Positions 8,734 to 18,117 of a stretch of 37,728 nt of DNA are shown one piece after another. The stretch comes from Elusimicrobiota bacterium. Its GTDB lineage: Bacteria; Elusimicrobiota; Elusimicrobia; UBA1565; JACRDR01. The notes under the pieces were generated by a model. That model had not been told where the DNA came from and did not search any database. It was given only the letters and a program-made list of their open reading frames with translations. A program made the translations under genes and the position numbers. How positions within the stretch are numbered: position 1 is the stretch's first letter; the number at the start of each line of letters is the position of its first letter. Location: the NCBI GenBank assembly GCA_041694815.1, contig JBGFSC010000003.1:1-37728 (forward strand), written 5' to 3'.

Positions 8734-9930
8734 TTGTCCGGTCCTCCGCTGCGCCGGCTCCTGCTGTCTGCGTGCTTAGGCCTGGCGGCCTCAGACGCCT
8801 CGGCCGCTCGGCTATTGCGAGGCCCCTATCTCGAAGGCGTCGGCGCGGGTTCCCTCTTCATCTGCTGGAGGACCGATATTCCGGCGCGCGGCTTTCTCGA
8901 GATCGAAGGCGGCGGCGCGCGCAGGTCCTTCGCCGCCGATGCGGCCAGGCAGCAATGCGTCGAGGTGGAGGGATTGAGTCCCGCGACGCCGCACCGCTAC
9001 CGAATCGCCACGCAGGACGCGTGGCAGAAGAAGCCTGTCTGGAGTCGCTGGCACCGCTTTGATCCCGTGGAGAGCCCCGGCGCGGGCCTGCTGCGCTTCG
9101 CGGTGCTGGCGGACGCCGGCTGGGGCGAGAAGGAGCAGTGGGCCGTCGCCCGCCGTTTGGCCGTCGAGGCTCCACCCTTCCTGCTTTTTGCCGGAGATGT
9201 CACCTACCCTTCGGGGGCCGACCAGGAATACGACGACGGCTATTTCCGGCCCTATGGGGAGCTTCTAAGCCGCATGCCAGTCTACATCGCCGTCGGCAAC
9301 CACGACTACGGCAATTACCGGCTGCTGCGGGGAGCGGGGGCCGAATGGATTCGGGACAATTTCTTCCTGATCCATCGCCTGCCCCGCCAGCACCCTCCCG
9401 CGAGCAGCGGGCGCACCTACTACTCCTTCGACCGCGGGCCGGCGCATTTCGTCGTGCTCGACAGCAATCGGGTGTTGCCGGTCGCCGCCGCGCCTCCCCT
9501 TCATCCCGGGAGCCCGCAATGGCGCTGGCTGGAGGAGGACCTGGCTGGCTCCAAGGCCTTGTGGAAATTCGTGCTGATGCACGTGCCCGTCTATTCCAGC
9601 GGCCAGCACCGGTCCATGGACGCCCTGGCCCGGTGGCTGGCGCCCTTGTTCGAACGCCACGGGGTGGACGTCGTCTTCCAAGGCCATGACCACGATTACG
9701 AGAGGACATTCCCGATCGTCGGCGGCCGGCGTTCCGAGAAGGGGCCCGTGTACGTTACCGCGGGGATCGGCGGGGCGCCGCTGAGGGGGCGTTACCGGGT
9801 GCGGCCTTGGTCGGCCGCGTTCGCGAGCCGCCACGGCTTTGTGGATGTCACCATTAAAGCGAGGACGCTTACGCTGCGCGGGGTCGCGACGGACGGGGAA
9901 GTTTTCGATCGCTGGGAGACGTCCAAGTGA
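8734..9930 (+). CDS. Secreted purple-acid-phosphatase-like metallophosphoesterase
   Basis: Signal peptide, FN3-like N-domain (RGPYL...GLSPATPHRYR), motifs ADAG, GDVTY, GNHD, HVPVY, GHDHDYER. Confidence 0.9.
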   Translation: MSGPPLRRLLLSACLGLAASDASAARLLRGPYLEGVGAGSLFICWRTDIPARGFLEIEGGGARRSFAADAARQQCVEVEGLSPATPHRYRIATQDAWQKKPVWSRWHRFDPVESPGAGLLRFAVLADAGWGEKEQWAVARRLAVEAPPFLLFAGDVTYPSGADQEYDDGYFRPYGELLSRMPVYIAVGNHDYGNYRLLRGAGAEWIRDNFFLIHRLPRQHPPASSGRTYYSFDRGPAHFVVLDSNRVLPVAAAPPLHPGSPQWRWLEEDLAGSKALWKFVLMHVPVYSSGQHRSMDALARWLAPLFERHGVDVVFQGHDHDYERTFPIVGGRRSEKGPVYVTAGIGGAPLRGRYRVRPWSAAFASRHGFVDVTIKARTLTLRGVATDGEVFDRWETSK

Positions 9931-10951
9931 CTCGGGCCCCGGCGCGCCGGTAATCCCCTTGGGGCTGCCCGCACCCCAAAAGGCAGTCGCTGTCCAAATC
10001 TACCCAGTCGAAGGCGCCCGTGCCGCAGGCCATATGCACGCTCATCGAGAGCCCCCGCGCGCTTTCCTGCATGCAGCCGATCATAAGCCGCTTTTTGGCG
10101 GCCCTAGCCAGCGCGATGATCTCGAGGCTGCCCTCCACGCCCGTCTTGGCGATCTTGACGTTGAGTGCGTCGGCCGCGCCGGCCTCAAGCACGCGCAAGG
10201 CCTCCTGCGGCGTTCTCGCGCTCTCGTCGGCCGCGATCGGCACCGGCGAGGCCTTGCATAGCTCGGTCATGCCGGAGAGATCCTCTCGAGGAAGCGGTTG
10301 CTCGAAAAGGCGGACCGGTAGCCGGGCCTTGAGGCAGCGCTCGAGCAGCCGCAAGGAGGAGGACAGGGAGAACGCCTGATTGCCGTCTAGGATGAGGCTG
10401 CTGGCGCCGGACTCGGCGGCGGCGCGGATCCTCGGAAAGTCATCCGCCTTTCCTGTCACCTTGACCTTGAGCGTGCGAAAGCCCGCGCGGAGCGCCTCAA
10501 GGGCGCGCCGCCCGCTCTCCTCCGGAGACCAGGCCGAGATTGTCAGATCGGTCTCGATGCTAGCTAAGGCCCCGCCGAACCATTGGGCCGCAGAAAGGGA
10601 GAAGGCCCGCATCCAGGCCTCCAGGAGGGCACACTCGAAGGCGGCGGCGATCGGGGGCTCATGCCCGAAGCGCTCCCACGCCTCTTGAGAAAGGCGGCGC
10701 CAACGGCGCACGTCGCGTCCGACCGCCCGCCGGCCCAGGGAGGCCAGGCGGCGCGCGACGCGCCGGGGGCTCAAGCGGGCCAGCACCACCGAGCTCGACG
10801 CCTCCCCCCATCCCTCGGCTCCGCCGGCCAGGCGCAGCCTCAGGCAGGCGTTCTCGGCGAGTTCCTTGCGGCCCAACGCGGTGATGAACGGCGCCTTAAG
10901 AGGGATGGAAACGACTTGCAGCTCGGCGCCCGTGATGAGGAATGGATTCAC
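9869..10951 (-). CDS. Dipeptide epimerase (enolase superfamily, muconate-lactonising subgroup)
   Basis: KVK catalytic motif, metal ligands DGN / EQP / DES, second Lys in NVKIAK, GCM.E and DLD motifs. Confidence 0.88.
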   Translation of the reverse strand: MNPFLITGAELQVVSIPLKAPFITALGRKELAENACLRLRLAGGAEGWGEASSSVVLARLSPRRVARRLASLGRRAVGRDVRRWRRLSQEAWERFGHEPPIAAAFECALLEAWMRAFSLSAAQWFGGALASIETDLTISAWSPEESGRRALEALRAGFRTLKVKVTGKADDFPRIRAAAESGASSLILDGNQAFSLSSSLRLLERCLKARLPVRLFEQPLPREDLSGMTELCKASPVPIAADESARTPQEALRVLEAGAADALNVKIAKTGVEGSLEIIALARAAKKRLMIGCMQESARGLSMSVHMACGTGAFDWVDLDSDCLLGCGQPQGDYRRAGARVTWTSPSDRKLPRPSRPRAA

Positions 10952-10977
10952 CGCGGAAAATATACTACATATCTTCT

Positions 10978-12045
10978 ATGCTCCGAGCCCTGCTCTTGAG
11001 CGCAGCGCTGGCGTCCGCCGGCGCCGATGAGGTCAAGCTCGACGGGATCGACGTCTACGGCTCAAGCCGCTTGAGCTCCGCCGAGGCGATCCAGCGCTAC
11101 GGCAAGGAGATCGACGGCTACATCCGCCTCAAAAACCGCAAGACCAAGGCCGCCGAGCGTTCCGCCAAGGAACTCAAGGCGCGTATTGAAGCCAAGATCA
11201 AGAACGATTGGAAGTTATTCTGGGTGCAGCTTTCCCCCATGGATTACTACGTCGAGGGCGCCCACAAGGCCTTCGTCACCATCGACGCGGTCGAGGCCAG
11301 GGACAAGGAGCTGCGTTGGGGCTTCCGTAAGGCTCCGGCTCAGAGCTTTCCCGATCCGGGCGGCCTTCTGGCCGCTTGGAACGAGTACATGGATCTGGGA
11401 TGGTCCTTGCTGCGCAAGGGGCATATCAGCGTCAACCACGACGCCTGTCTCGCGGTCTTCTGCCAATGGGGCACGCAGACTCCGGAGTTGCGGGCCTTCG
11501 AGGAGAGATTCATCGCCCAGGCGCCCCAGCATAAAGAGGCCTTGCTCAAGATTATGCTCTCCGATCGCGAGACGTCCAAACGCTCGGCGGCGGTTTATCT
11601 CTTGTCTTACCTCAAGGATCCCAATGAAAGCTCGAAGCTGATCGTCGAGGCGCTCAAGGACCCCGAGGTGGACGTGCGCTCGGCGGCCCTGCGGGTCTAC
11701 GCGGATCTGGCCGTCTATCACCGAGGCGTATTCCTACCCACCTTCCAGATCATCGCCGCGCTGGATTTTCCGGCCGTCGACGACCGCAATAAGGCCCTAG
11801 CGGTAGTCGCCGGGTTGGCCAACGATTCGGTGTACCGGAATTTCCTCATCCAAAAGGCCGCCCCGCAGATGCTAGCGCTTCTGCAGCAGTCCCAGCCGGT
11901 GGTGCAGGACACGGCCTATGCCGCTCTTGGCATCCTTTCCAAGGAAGGCTTTGACCGCAAGGATATCGAATCCTGGAGGCAGTGGATCGAGCGCAGCCAG
12001 AAGCAGGAAAATGCTGCATCCTCGGCGGATAAGGCCTCAGAATAG
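10978..12045 (+). CDS. Secreted HEAT-repeat protein
   Basis: Signal peptide MLRALLLSAALASAGA from ATG 10978; HEAT-like LKDPEVDVRSAAL repeats. Confidence 0.8.
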   Translation: MLRALLLSAALASAGADEVKLDGIDVYGSSRLSSAEAIQRYGKEIDGYIRLKNRKTKAAERSAKELKARIEAKIKNDWKLFWVQLSPMDYYVEGAHKAFVTIDAVEARDKELRWGFRKAPAQSFPDPGGLLAAWNEYMDLGWSLLRKGHISVNHDACLAVFCQWGTQTPELRAFEERFIAQAPQHKEALLKIMLSDRETSKRSAAVYLLSYLKDPNESSKLIVEALKDPEVDVRSAALRVYADLAVYHRGVFLPTFQIIAALDFPAVDDRNKALAVVAGLANDSVYRNFLIQKAAPQMLALLQQSQPVVQDTAYAALGILSKEGFDRKDIESWRQWIERSQKQENAASSADKASE

Positions 12046-12072
12046 CCATTTAAGGGCTGGAGCAAAGCGGTT

Positions 12073-12144
12073 TGTCCCCGAGAGGAATCGAACCTCTATC
12101 ACCGACTTAGAAGGTCGGGGCTCTATCCATTGAGCTACGGGGAC
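12073..12144 (-). tRNA. tRNA-Arg (anticodon UCU), CCA not encoded
   Basis: Minus strand reads GTCCCCGTAGCTCAATGGATAGAGCCCCGACCTTCTAAGTCGGTGATAGAGGTTCGATTCCTCTCGGGGACA; full cloverleaf. Confidence 0.97.
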
Positions 12145-12154
12145 GAAAAGTGGA

Positions 12155-12415
12155 TCAGGAGTTCCCTTTCTCGTGGGTGGGATTTCCAGCCAAAAGGCCC
12201 GGAACACTGATATCTTCGTCCAAATTGTCCCAATGGATACCCAGGCCTCCTCCGCTTAACTCGAATTTTTTTCTTTGTGAGGAAGTCGCCTTTAGGAGCT
12301 TCGGAAAATAGGAGAGGGGCGTGGCAAGTTTTCGCCCATCCTGCAGAAGAACCCACAAGGATTCTTCATCGAACCACACCTTGGCAGCCCTTGCCTCAGT
12401 CGTTAAAGTATTCAT
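12155..12415 (-). CDS. DUF2442-like protein (putative antitoxin)
   Basis: L.DGR....PL..FP.L......QR.......G.GIHW..LDEDISV pattern. Confidence 0.85.
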   Translation of the reverse strand: MNTLTTEARAAKVWFDEESLWVLLQDGRKLATPLSYFPKLLKATSSQRKKFELSGGGLGIHWDNLDEDISVPGLLAGNPTHEKGNS

Positions 12416-12641
12416 TCCATTTCCTCCGGATCAAATCCGCTTTTTCCTCCACAATCCGCTCCAAATCGTTTAGTTCTCTCGATGACATCGCCCATGAAGA
12501 GGCAAGGCGAATTTCAGGCTCAAGCCAGAATTTGGCAAGGCGTTCACCTTTTCGAACGTGAATATGGCAGGGTTCTTGAGGATTCCCCTCATTCGAAAAG
12601 AAGAAAAACTTGTAGCCATTCCACTCAAAGACTTTCGGCAT
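12396..12641 (-). CDS. DUF4160-like protein (putative toxin)
   Basis: MP......GYKFFFFSNE...EP.HIHV......AKFWL pattern; overlaps the partner gene by 20 bp. Confidence 0.85.
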   Translation of the reverse strand: MPKVFEWNGYKFFFFSNEGNPQEPCHIHVRKGERLAKFWLEPEIRLASSWAMSSRELNDLERIVEEKADLIRRKWNEYFND

Positions 12642-12802
12642 TTTTCAGTATAACGCCACGATCCCTGATCGTCAAGAAGGGAATTGTATTTAATTTTCAC
12701 GCATGTATTCTTCCGCGTAGCGTTGCGAAACTTCAAGACCTACGTCGCGAGGGCCCCGATCTGGCTGCCGAGCATGTCGATCTGGCGCCCTAAGTCGGAT
12801 CT

Positions 12803-13618
12803 TTAAAAGAACGTCGCTAGGAAGGCGTTGAGCCGACGGAATAAGCTAAACAGCGCGCCGTGATACTCAGCCGGCTTCGGGTAGACCACCACGGGCCGGC
12901 TCTGGTCCTCGCGCGCGATGGGAAGCGTGAAGCGGAAGGTCGCACCGACGCCCTTCCAGCTTTCGGCCCAGATCCGCCCGCCCTGCAGCTCGACCATGGC
13001 CTTGGCCAGGGTCAAGCCCAGCCCCGTGCCCTCGGAGGCCTTGACCCCCGCGGCGGACTGCTCGAAGCAATGGAAGATGCGCGAAAGATCCTCGGGGGCG
13101 ATGCCGCAGCCGGTGTCCTTGACCGAGAATACGACGGTGCCTTCGTGCTCGCCCGAGCCCAGCGCGGTCGAGAGCTCGATCTTCCCCCCGGCGGGCGTGA
13201 ATTTGATCGCGTTGGAGACCAGGTTGACGAGCACCTGCAGGGTCCGTTTCGAGTCGGCCTGCACGCGCGGCATGGGGGCCTGGCCGCGCAGGCGCACGAG
13301 GCGGATGCCCTTGGAGATCGCCCAGGCCTGAAGGCTGCCCCAGGCTTCCTGGAGCAGCAGGCGGCAATCGGTCGGCTCCGCCCGCAGCCGCATCTTGCCG
13401 GCCTGTATCTTCGAAAAATCGAGTATGTCGTTGATGAGCCCGGCCAGCCGGTTGGCGTTCTTGACCGCCAGATCCAGCACCTGCTTCTCGTCGCGGGAGA
13501 GGCGGTCCTGCAATTGCTCCTGCAGCAGGCCCAGGGCGGAACGCACGGAGGTCAGCGGCGCGCGCAGCTCATGAGTCATGTAGGAGGCGGTCTGCTGCTC
13601 TTGGGGCGATAAGGCCAT
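12803..13618 (-). CDS. Histidine kinase (HisKA + HATPase) with no sensor domain
   Basis: H-box THELRAPL at about residue 15, N-box NLVSNAIKFT, G1 DTGCGI, G2 GTGLGL. Confidence 0.92.
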   Translation of the reverse strand: MALSPQEQQTASYMTHELRAPLTSVRSALGLLQEQLQDRLSRDEKQVLDLAVKNANRLAGLINDILDFSKIQAGKMRLRAEPTDCRLLLQEAWGSLQAWAISKGIRLVRLRGQAPMPRVQADSKRTLQVLVNLVSNAIKFTPAGGKIELSTALGSGEHEGTVVFSVKDTGCGIAPEDLSRIFHCFEQSAAGVKASEGTGLGLTLAKAMVELQGGRIWAESWKGVGATFRFTLPIAREDQSRPVVVYPKPAEYHGALFSLFRRLNAFLATFF

Positions 13619-13712
13619 ATGGACCAGGGTAGCCCCAGCCCCGTTAAGCCTCTATTACGGGCGTGTGAAGTAGTTGTTACGCGGAATAAGCGAATTGTTA
13701 TAATGCGTTTCG

Positions 13713-15344
13713 ATGAACAGCCGGCCCTCCGTTCCTATACCCGTCAACGAGCCACTATTGGGGTATGCCCCCGGAAGCCCCGAGAAAAAGGCCCTCAAGG
13801 CCCGTTTGAGGGAGATGAAGACCCGCGAAGTCGACATCCCTCTCTATATCGGAGGCAAGGAGGTCCGGACGGGCAAGACCCAGGAATGCCGGCCTCCCCA
13901 CGAGCACTCCCACCGCCTGGGACGCTTCCATTTGGCAGGCTCCAAGGAGGTGTCGGCGGCGATCGCGGCCGCGCTCAAGGCGCGCCGGGAATGGGCCGCC
14001 ACCCCGCCGCAGGCCCGCGCCGCGATCTTCCTTAAGGCGGCGGAGCTTTTAGCCAACGACTGGCGCTGGACGCTCAACGCCGCCACCATGCTCTGCCAAA
14101 GCAAGAACGTCCATCAGGCCGAGATCGACTCCGCGGCCGAGCTCATCGATTTCTACCGCTTCAACGTTCATTTCGCGGAGAAGATCTACGAGCAGCAGCC
14201 GCTCTCCTCGCGGGGCACGTGGAACTACGTCGAGCAGCGCCCCTTGGAGGGCTTCGTCTTCGCCGTGACGCCGTTCAACTTCACGTCCATCGCGGGCAAT
14301 CTTCCCACCGCGCCCGCGATCATGGGCAATACGGTAGTCTGGAAACCGGCCTCGAGCACGGTGTACACCGCCCATTTCCTCATGCAGCTGTGGAAGGCCG
14401 CTGGGCTGCCGGACGGGGTCATCAACATGGTGGCCGGGCCGGGCGGTTCCGTGGGGAACATGGTCGTCGAGCACCCGGATTTCGCGGGAATTCATTTCAC
14501 GGGATCGACCGGCGTCTTCCACGACGTTTGGAAGCGGGTGGCCGCCAACATCGACCGCTATAGGGGATATCCGCGCTTGGTCGGCGAAACGGGCGGCAAG
14601 GACTTCATTTTCGCTCATGCTAGCGCCGATCTCGATGCTCTGGCGACGGCCCTGGTGCGAGGCGCCTTCGAGTATCAAGGGCAGAAATGCTCGGCCGCCT
14701 CGCGGGCCTATGTCCCGGATTCGATGTGGCCCAAGCTCCGCAAGAGGCTCGCCGACGAGCTGGCGACCGTCCGCATGGGCTCGCCCGAGGATTTCCGAAA
14801 TTTCTTCAACGCCGTCATCGACCGCCCGGCCTTCGAGCGCATCAAGGGATACATCGACCATTGCCGGCGCGGCAAGGCCGAGAGCAGGATACTCATCGGC
14901 GGCAAATGCGACGATTCGAAGGGCTACTTCATCGAGCCGACCGTCGTGCAGGCCAAGAAGCCCGACGCCAGGACGATGTGCGAGGAGGTGTTCGGGCCGC
15001 TCCTGACGGTTTACGTTTATCCGGAGGCCCGCTACGAGGATACCTTGAAGCTTTGCGACCGGACCTCCCCCTACGCGCTTACTGGCGCCGTGTTCGCGAC
15101 CGAACGAAAGGCGATTCTTTCCGCCTCTCAAATTCTGGTGAACGCCGCCGGCAATTTTTATGTCAATGACAAGCCGACCGGGGCGGTGGTGGGGCAGCAG
15201 CCCTTCGGAGGCGCGAGGGCCTCGGGGACCAACGACAAGGCGGGCAGCCTCATCAACCTGCTCCGTTGGGTCTCCCCCCGAACCGTGAAGGAAAATTTCG
15301 ACCCGCCGAAGGACTACCGCTACCCGTTTTTGGCCGAGGCCTGA
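13713..15344 (+). CDS. pruA: L-glutamate gamma-semialdehyde (P5C) dehydrogenase
   Basis: NEP...YAPGSPE N-terminus, PFNFTSI, GETGGKDF, EYQGQKCSA, NDKPTGAVVGQQPFGG; TGTTATAAT 8 nt before the ATG. Confidence 0.93.
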   Translation: MNSRPSVPIPVNEPLLGYAPGSPEKKALKARLREMKTREVDIPLYIGGKEVRTGKTQECRPPHEHSHRLGRFHLAGSKEVSAAIAAALKARREWAATPPQARAAIFLKAAELLANDWRWTLNAATMLCQSKNVHQAEIDSAAELIDFYRFNVHFAEKIYEQQPLSSRGTWNYVEQRPLEGFVFAVTPFNFTSIAGNLPTAPAIMGNTVVWKPASSTVYTAHFLMQLWKAAGLPDGVINMVAGPGGSVGNMVVEHPDFAGIHFTGSTGVFHDVWKRVAANIDRYRGYPRLVGETGGKDFIFAHASADLDALATALVRGAFEYQGQKCSAASRAYVPDSMWPKLRKRLADELATVRMGSPEDFRNFFNAVIDRPAFERIKGYIDHCRRGKAESRILIGGKCDDSKGYFIEPTVVQAKKPDARTMCEEVFGPLLTVYVYPEARYEDTLKLCDRTSPYALTGAVFATERKAILSASQILVNAAGNFYVNDKPTGAVVGQQPFGGARASGTNDKAGSLINLLRWVSPRTVKENFDPPKDYRYPFLAEA

Positions 15345-16246
15345 TAGGCCGCCTCCGCGGCCCATTCCACGTTCTTGAAGCGCCTGTGCAGCCACAGCCA
15401 TTGCTCCGGCCGTTGCCGGATCCATTCCTCCACCTTGGATGCGAGGATCTGCGTGCTTGCGGCGGGATCTTCCTTAACGGCCGGGTCCAATCGCAGCTCC
15501 GGTTCGATGACGACGTGAATTAGCCCGACACCGTCCCGGTAGCTGCTGACGGGCAATATGGCCGCCCCCGTGCGCTGCGCGAGGGGACCGAGCGCCGAGA
15601 GCGTATGCACCGGCGCCCCGAAAAATTTCACGGCGACGCCGGCCGGAGGCGGCGCGTACTGGTCGACGACGAAGCCCACGGACTCGCCCTTTCGCAACGC
15701 CTTCAGGATGATAGGCAAGGTCCGCGGGTCGTAGGCTTCGCGGATATTGAGTTCGGCGCGGGCGGACTCTAGTTTTTTCCGGAACCATTCGGGTTTGTTG
15801 CGACGGGTCACCATGGTCAAGGACATGGAGTTGCCGGCCGCCGCGATCATTTCCCAGTTGCCGAGATGCGAGCTGGCAAATAGCACTCCCTTGCCCCGAT
15901 CGTGGGCCGATTTCCAATTCTCGAAGCCGTGGAGGCGCATGATGCTCAGCGCATAGCGGCGGTAATGTCCCCGCATCGGCGAGAAGAGATGCATCAGCTC
16001 GAAGACCAGGATCCCGTAATGCTCGTAATTGCGCTCCAGCAGGTCCCGCCAGCCCTTCTCGCCGAGTTCCGGCAGGCATCGCCGGATATTGTCGTAGGCG
16101 ATGCGGCGGCGCCTTCCGTCGACGCTGAGCAGGAGGCGCCCCAGACGCGGGCCCGCCCATAGTTCGAAGCGGCGGGGCAGCGCTGTGGCCGCGGCGCCGA
16201 CGGCGAACAACAGGACCCGCAAGAACCCGGAAAGCAGCGGATTCAT
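15320..16246 (-). CDS. Lipid A late acyltransferase (LpxL/HtrB family)
   Basis: HLGNWE motif, DQ...FFG, PEQWLWLHRRFK C-terminus; start ATG 16246 preceded by TGGTATAAT. Confidence 0.9.
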   Translation of the reverse strand: MNPLLSGFLRVLLFAVGAAATALPRRFELWAGPRLGRLLLSVDGRRRRIAYDNIRRCLPELGEKGWRDLLERNYEHYGILVFELMHLFSPMRGHYRRYALSIMRLHGFENWKSAHDRGKGVLFASSHLGNWEMIAAAGNSMSLTMVTRRNKPEWFRKKLESARAELNIREAYDPRTLPIILKALRKGESVGFVVDQYAPPPAGVAVKFFGAPVHTLSALGPLAQRTGAAILPVSSYRDGVGLIHVVIEPELRLDPAVKEDPAASTQILASKVEEWIRQRPEQWLWLHRRFKNVEWAAEAAYQASAKNG

Positions 16247-16311
16247 GGGGAAAATTATACCAATGTCGCGAGGTTGCGCGCGCGCGGAACCCATGCTAGA
16301 CTTAGTTACCA

Positions 16312-16677
16312 GTGGCAAAGACTGTGCTGGTAGTCGACGACGACACGGAGATCGCCGATTTCGCGACGCTGGCCCTTCGGTCGGCGGGATACCGTGTCCT
16401 GACGGCTTTCGACGGCGAGCAGGCCCTGCGCATGGCCCGCAGCGAGAAGCCCGATCTCGTGCTGTTGGACCTGGCCATGCCCCGGATGCACGGCTACGAG
16501 GTCTGCCAGGCCTTGCGGGCCGACCAGGCCCTTTCCAGGGTCAAGATCATCATCGCCTCGGGCAAGAGTTATCCGATCGATATCCAAAACGCGAAAAAGG
16601 CCGGAGCCGACGAGTACATAGTCAAGCCGTACGGGCTGCAGCAGATCATCGAATCCGTCGGGAAGGCCCTGGCGTGA
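16312..16677 (+). CDS. Single-domain response regulator (REC)
   Basis: VVDDD, LLDLAMP, KP motifs; TTGCGC-N17-TAGACT upstream. Confidence 0.93.
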   Translation: MAKTVLVVDDDTEIADFATLALRSAGYRVLTAFDGEQALRMARSEKPDLVLLDLAMPRMHGYEVCQALRADQALSRVKIIIASGKSYPIDIQNAKKAGADEYIVKPYGLQQIIESVGKALA

Positions 16678-17537
16678 CGTTGAGGGTCCGCTTTTGGGGT
16701 ACGCGGGGGTCCATCCCGACGCCGAGCGAGAAGACCCGCCGCTACGGCGGCAACACCTCCTGCGTCGAGCTCCGTTACGGCGATGCCCTTGTCATCTGCG
16801 ACGCCGGCAGCGGCATCCGCGGGCTCGGGACCGCCTTGGCGCTGGAATCCAACGGCGGGCCGATCGAAGGGGACCTTTTCATCACCCATACGCATTGGGA
16901 CCATATACAGGGCTTTCCCTTCTTCATGCCGGCCTACAAGCCGGGCAACCATTTCCGAATCCATAGCGGCCGAGGCATCAGCGGCAGCTTCGAGAAGATA
17001 TTCCGGGGCCAGATGGATCCCGACTATTTCCCGGTGGCCTTAGGCGATATGGCGGCCCGCATCGAGTTTCGGGAAGTCGGCGGCCCCGTGCGCAGCGGGC
17101 CCTTCCAGGTGCAGAGCACCTTCAGCAACCATCCGGGCATTGATCTGGCCTACCGATTCACCGTCGACGGCCGGAGCGTGACCTACCTCACCGATCATGA
17201 GACCTACCAGGCGATGAACCCCTTGACCGAGTTCGCGGCCAAACAGGACCGCCTGATCGCCGATTTCTGCCGCGGCAGCGACCTGCTGATCTGCGACGCG
17301 CAGTATACCGACGAGGACTATAAGGTCAAGAAGGGCTGGGGGCACAGCCGCTACCGCGATACGGTGGCGCTGGGCGTCGCTGCGGGGGTCAAGCGCCTCG
17401 CGCTCTTCCATCACGACCCTTGGCACGACGACGACGCGCTCGACGCCATAGGCGCAGACGCCAGGCGGATCGCGGGGGAGTCCGGCTCTTCGATGGATTG
17501 TTTCGTCGCCATGGAAGGGCAGGTCGTTGAAATTTGA
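16674..17537 (+). CDS. MBL-fold metallo-hydrolase (RNase Z / phosphodiesterase-like)
   Basis: FWGTRGSIP, YGGNTSC, THTHWDH, DAQY, WGHS, FHHDP; GTGA overlap with the REC gene. Confidence 0.9.
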   Translation: MTLRVRFWGTRGSIPTPSEKTRRYGGNTSCVELRYGDALVICDAGSGIRGLGTALALESNGGPIEGDLFITHTHWDHIQGFPFFMPAYKPGNHFRIHSGRGISGSFEKIFRGQMDPDYFPVALGDMAARIEFREVGGPVRSGPFQVQSTFSNHPGIDLAYRFTVDGRSVTYLTDHETYQAMNPLTEFAAKQDRLIADFCRGSDLLICDAQYTDEDYKVKKGWGHSRYRDTVALGVAAGVKRLALFHHDPWHDDDALDAIGADARRIAGESGSSMDCFVAMEGQVVEI

Positions 17538-17538
17538 T

Positions 17539-17564
17539 GGAACTTTTCGCAGGCTGATTCGTAC
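17539..17564 (+). promoter_or_regulatory. ECF-sigma-type (autoregulatory) promoter
   Basis: GGAAC (17539-17543), 16 nt, CGTAC (17560-17564), directly upstream of the ECF sigma ATG. Confidence 0.55.
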
Positions 17565-17574
17565 TAGTGGCTGG

Positions 17575-18117
17575 ATGGATACCTCTTCCGCGCTGGAACG
17601 CCTAGTCCGCGATTACGGCGAAAGGGCCTTCCAGTTCGCCTACCGCCTGACGGGGAACATCGATCAGGCCAAGGAGGTGGTCCAAGAAACCTATTATCGG
17701 GTTCTCAAGAACTGGGATAAATACGATTCCTCACAGCCCCTTGAAAACTGGTTTTTCTCTATTCTAAGGCATGTGTTCCTGGACTGCGTCAGGAGTTGCG
17801 AGCATTCCAGGTTTCTCTCCTTGGACGCGGCCACCGAAGAGTCGGAGGAATCCGCCCTCGATGCTCTCGCGGACGATCGCGACGAGCGCATCCTTGACGC
17901 GCTGGAGCGCCAAGAGAGCGCGCAGGCGGTCAAGCGGGCCTTGGGGCGTTTGACGGTCGAGCATAGGGCCGTTCTGACGCTTTGCGACCTGGAATCGATG
18001 CCCTACGATCAGATCGCCGCGGTGATCGGCTGCCCCATAGGGACGGTCCGCTCCCGGGTCAATCGCGCCCGTTCGGCGTTGCGGGCGCTGCTGCTGCGGG
18101 GGGCCGAGGTTCGATGA
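17575..18117 (+). CDS. ECF sigma factor (RpoE-like)
   Basis: Region 2 (AYRLTGN...A.EVVQE, W.FSI) and region 4.2 (Y.QIA.VIGCPIGTVRSRVNRAR). Confidence 0.92.
   Translation: MDTSSALERLVRDYGERAFQFAYRLTGNIDQAKEVVQETYYRVLKNWDKYDSSQPLENWFFSILRHVFLDCVRSCEHSRFLSLDAATEESEESALDALADDRDERILDALERQESAQAVKRALGRLTVEHRAVLTLCDLESMPYDQIAAVIGCPIGTVRSRVNRARSALRALLLRGAEVR

Noticed and set aside
387..12144. Integrated element or prophage bounded by the two tRNAs
   Set aside because: No integrase, phage genes or duplicated tRNA 3' end were found; the content is housekeeping-like.
12720..12800. Possible gene remnant on the minus strand (LGRQIDMLGSQIGALAT*VLKFRN)
   Set aside because: Too short to separate from chance without a database search.
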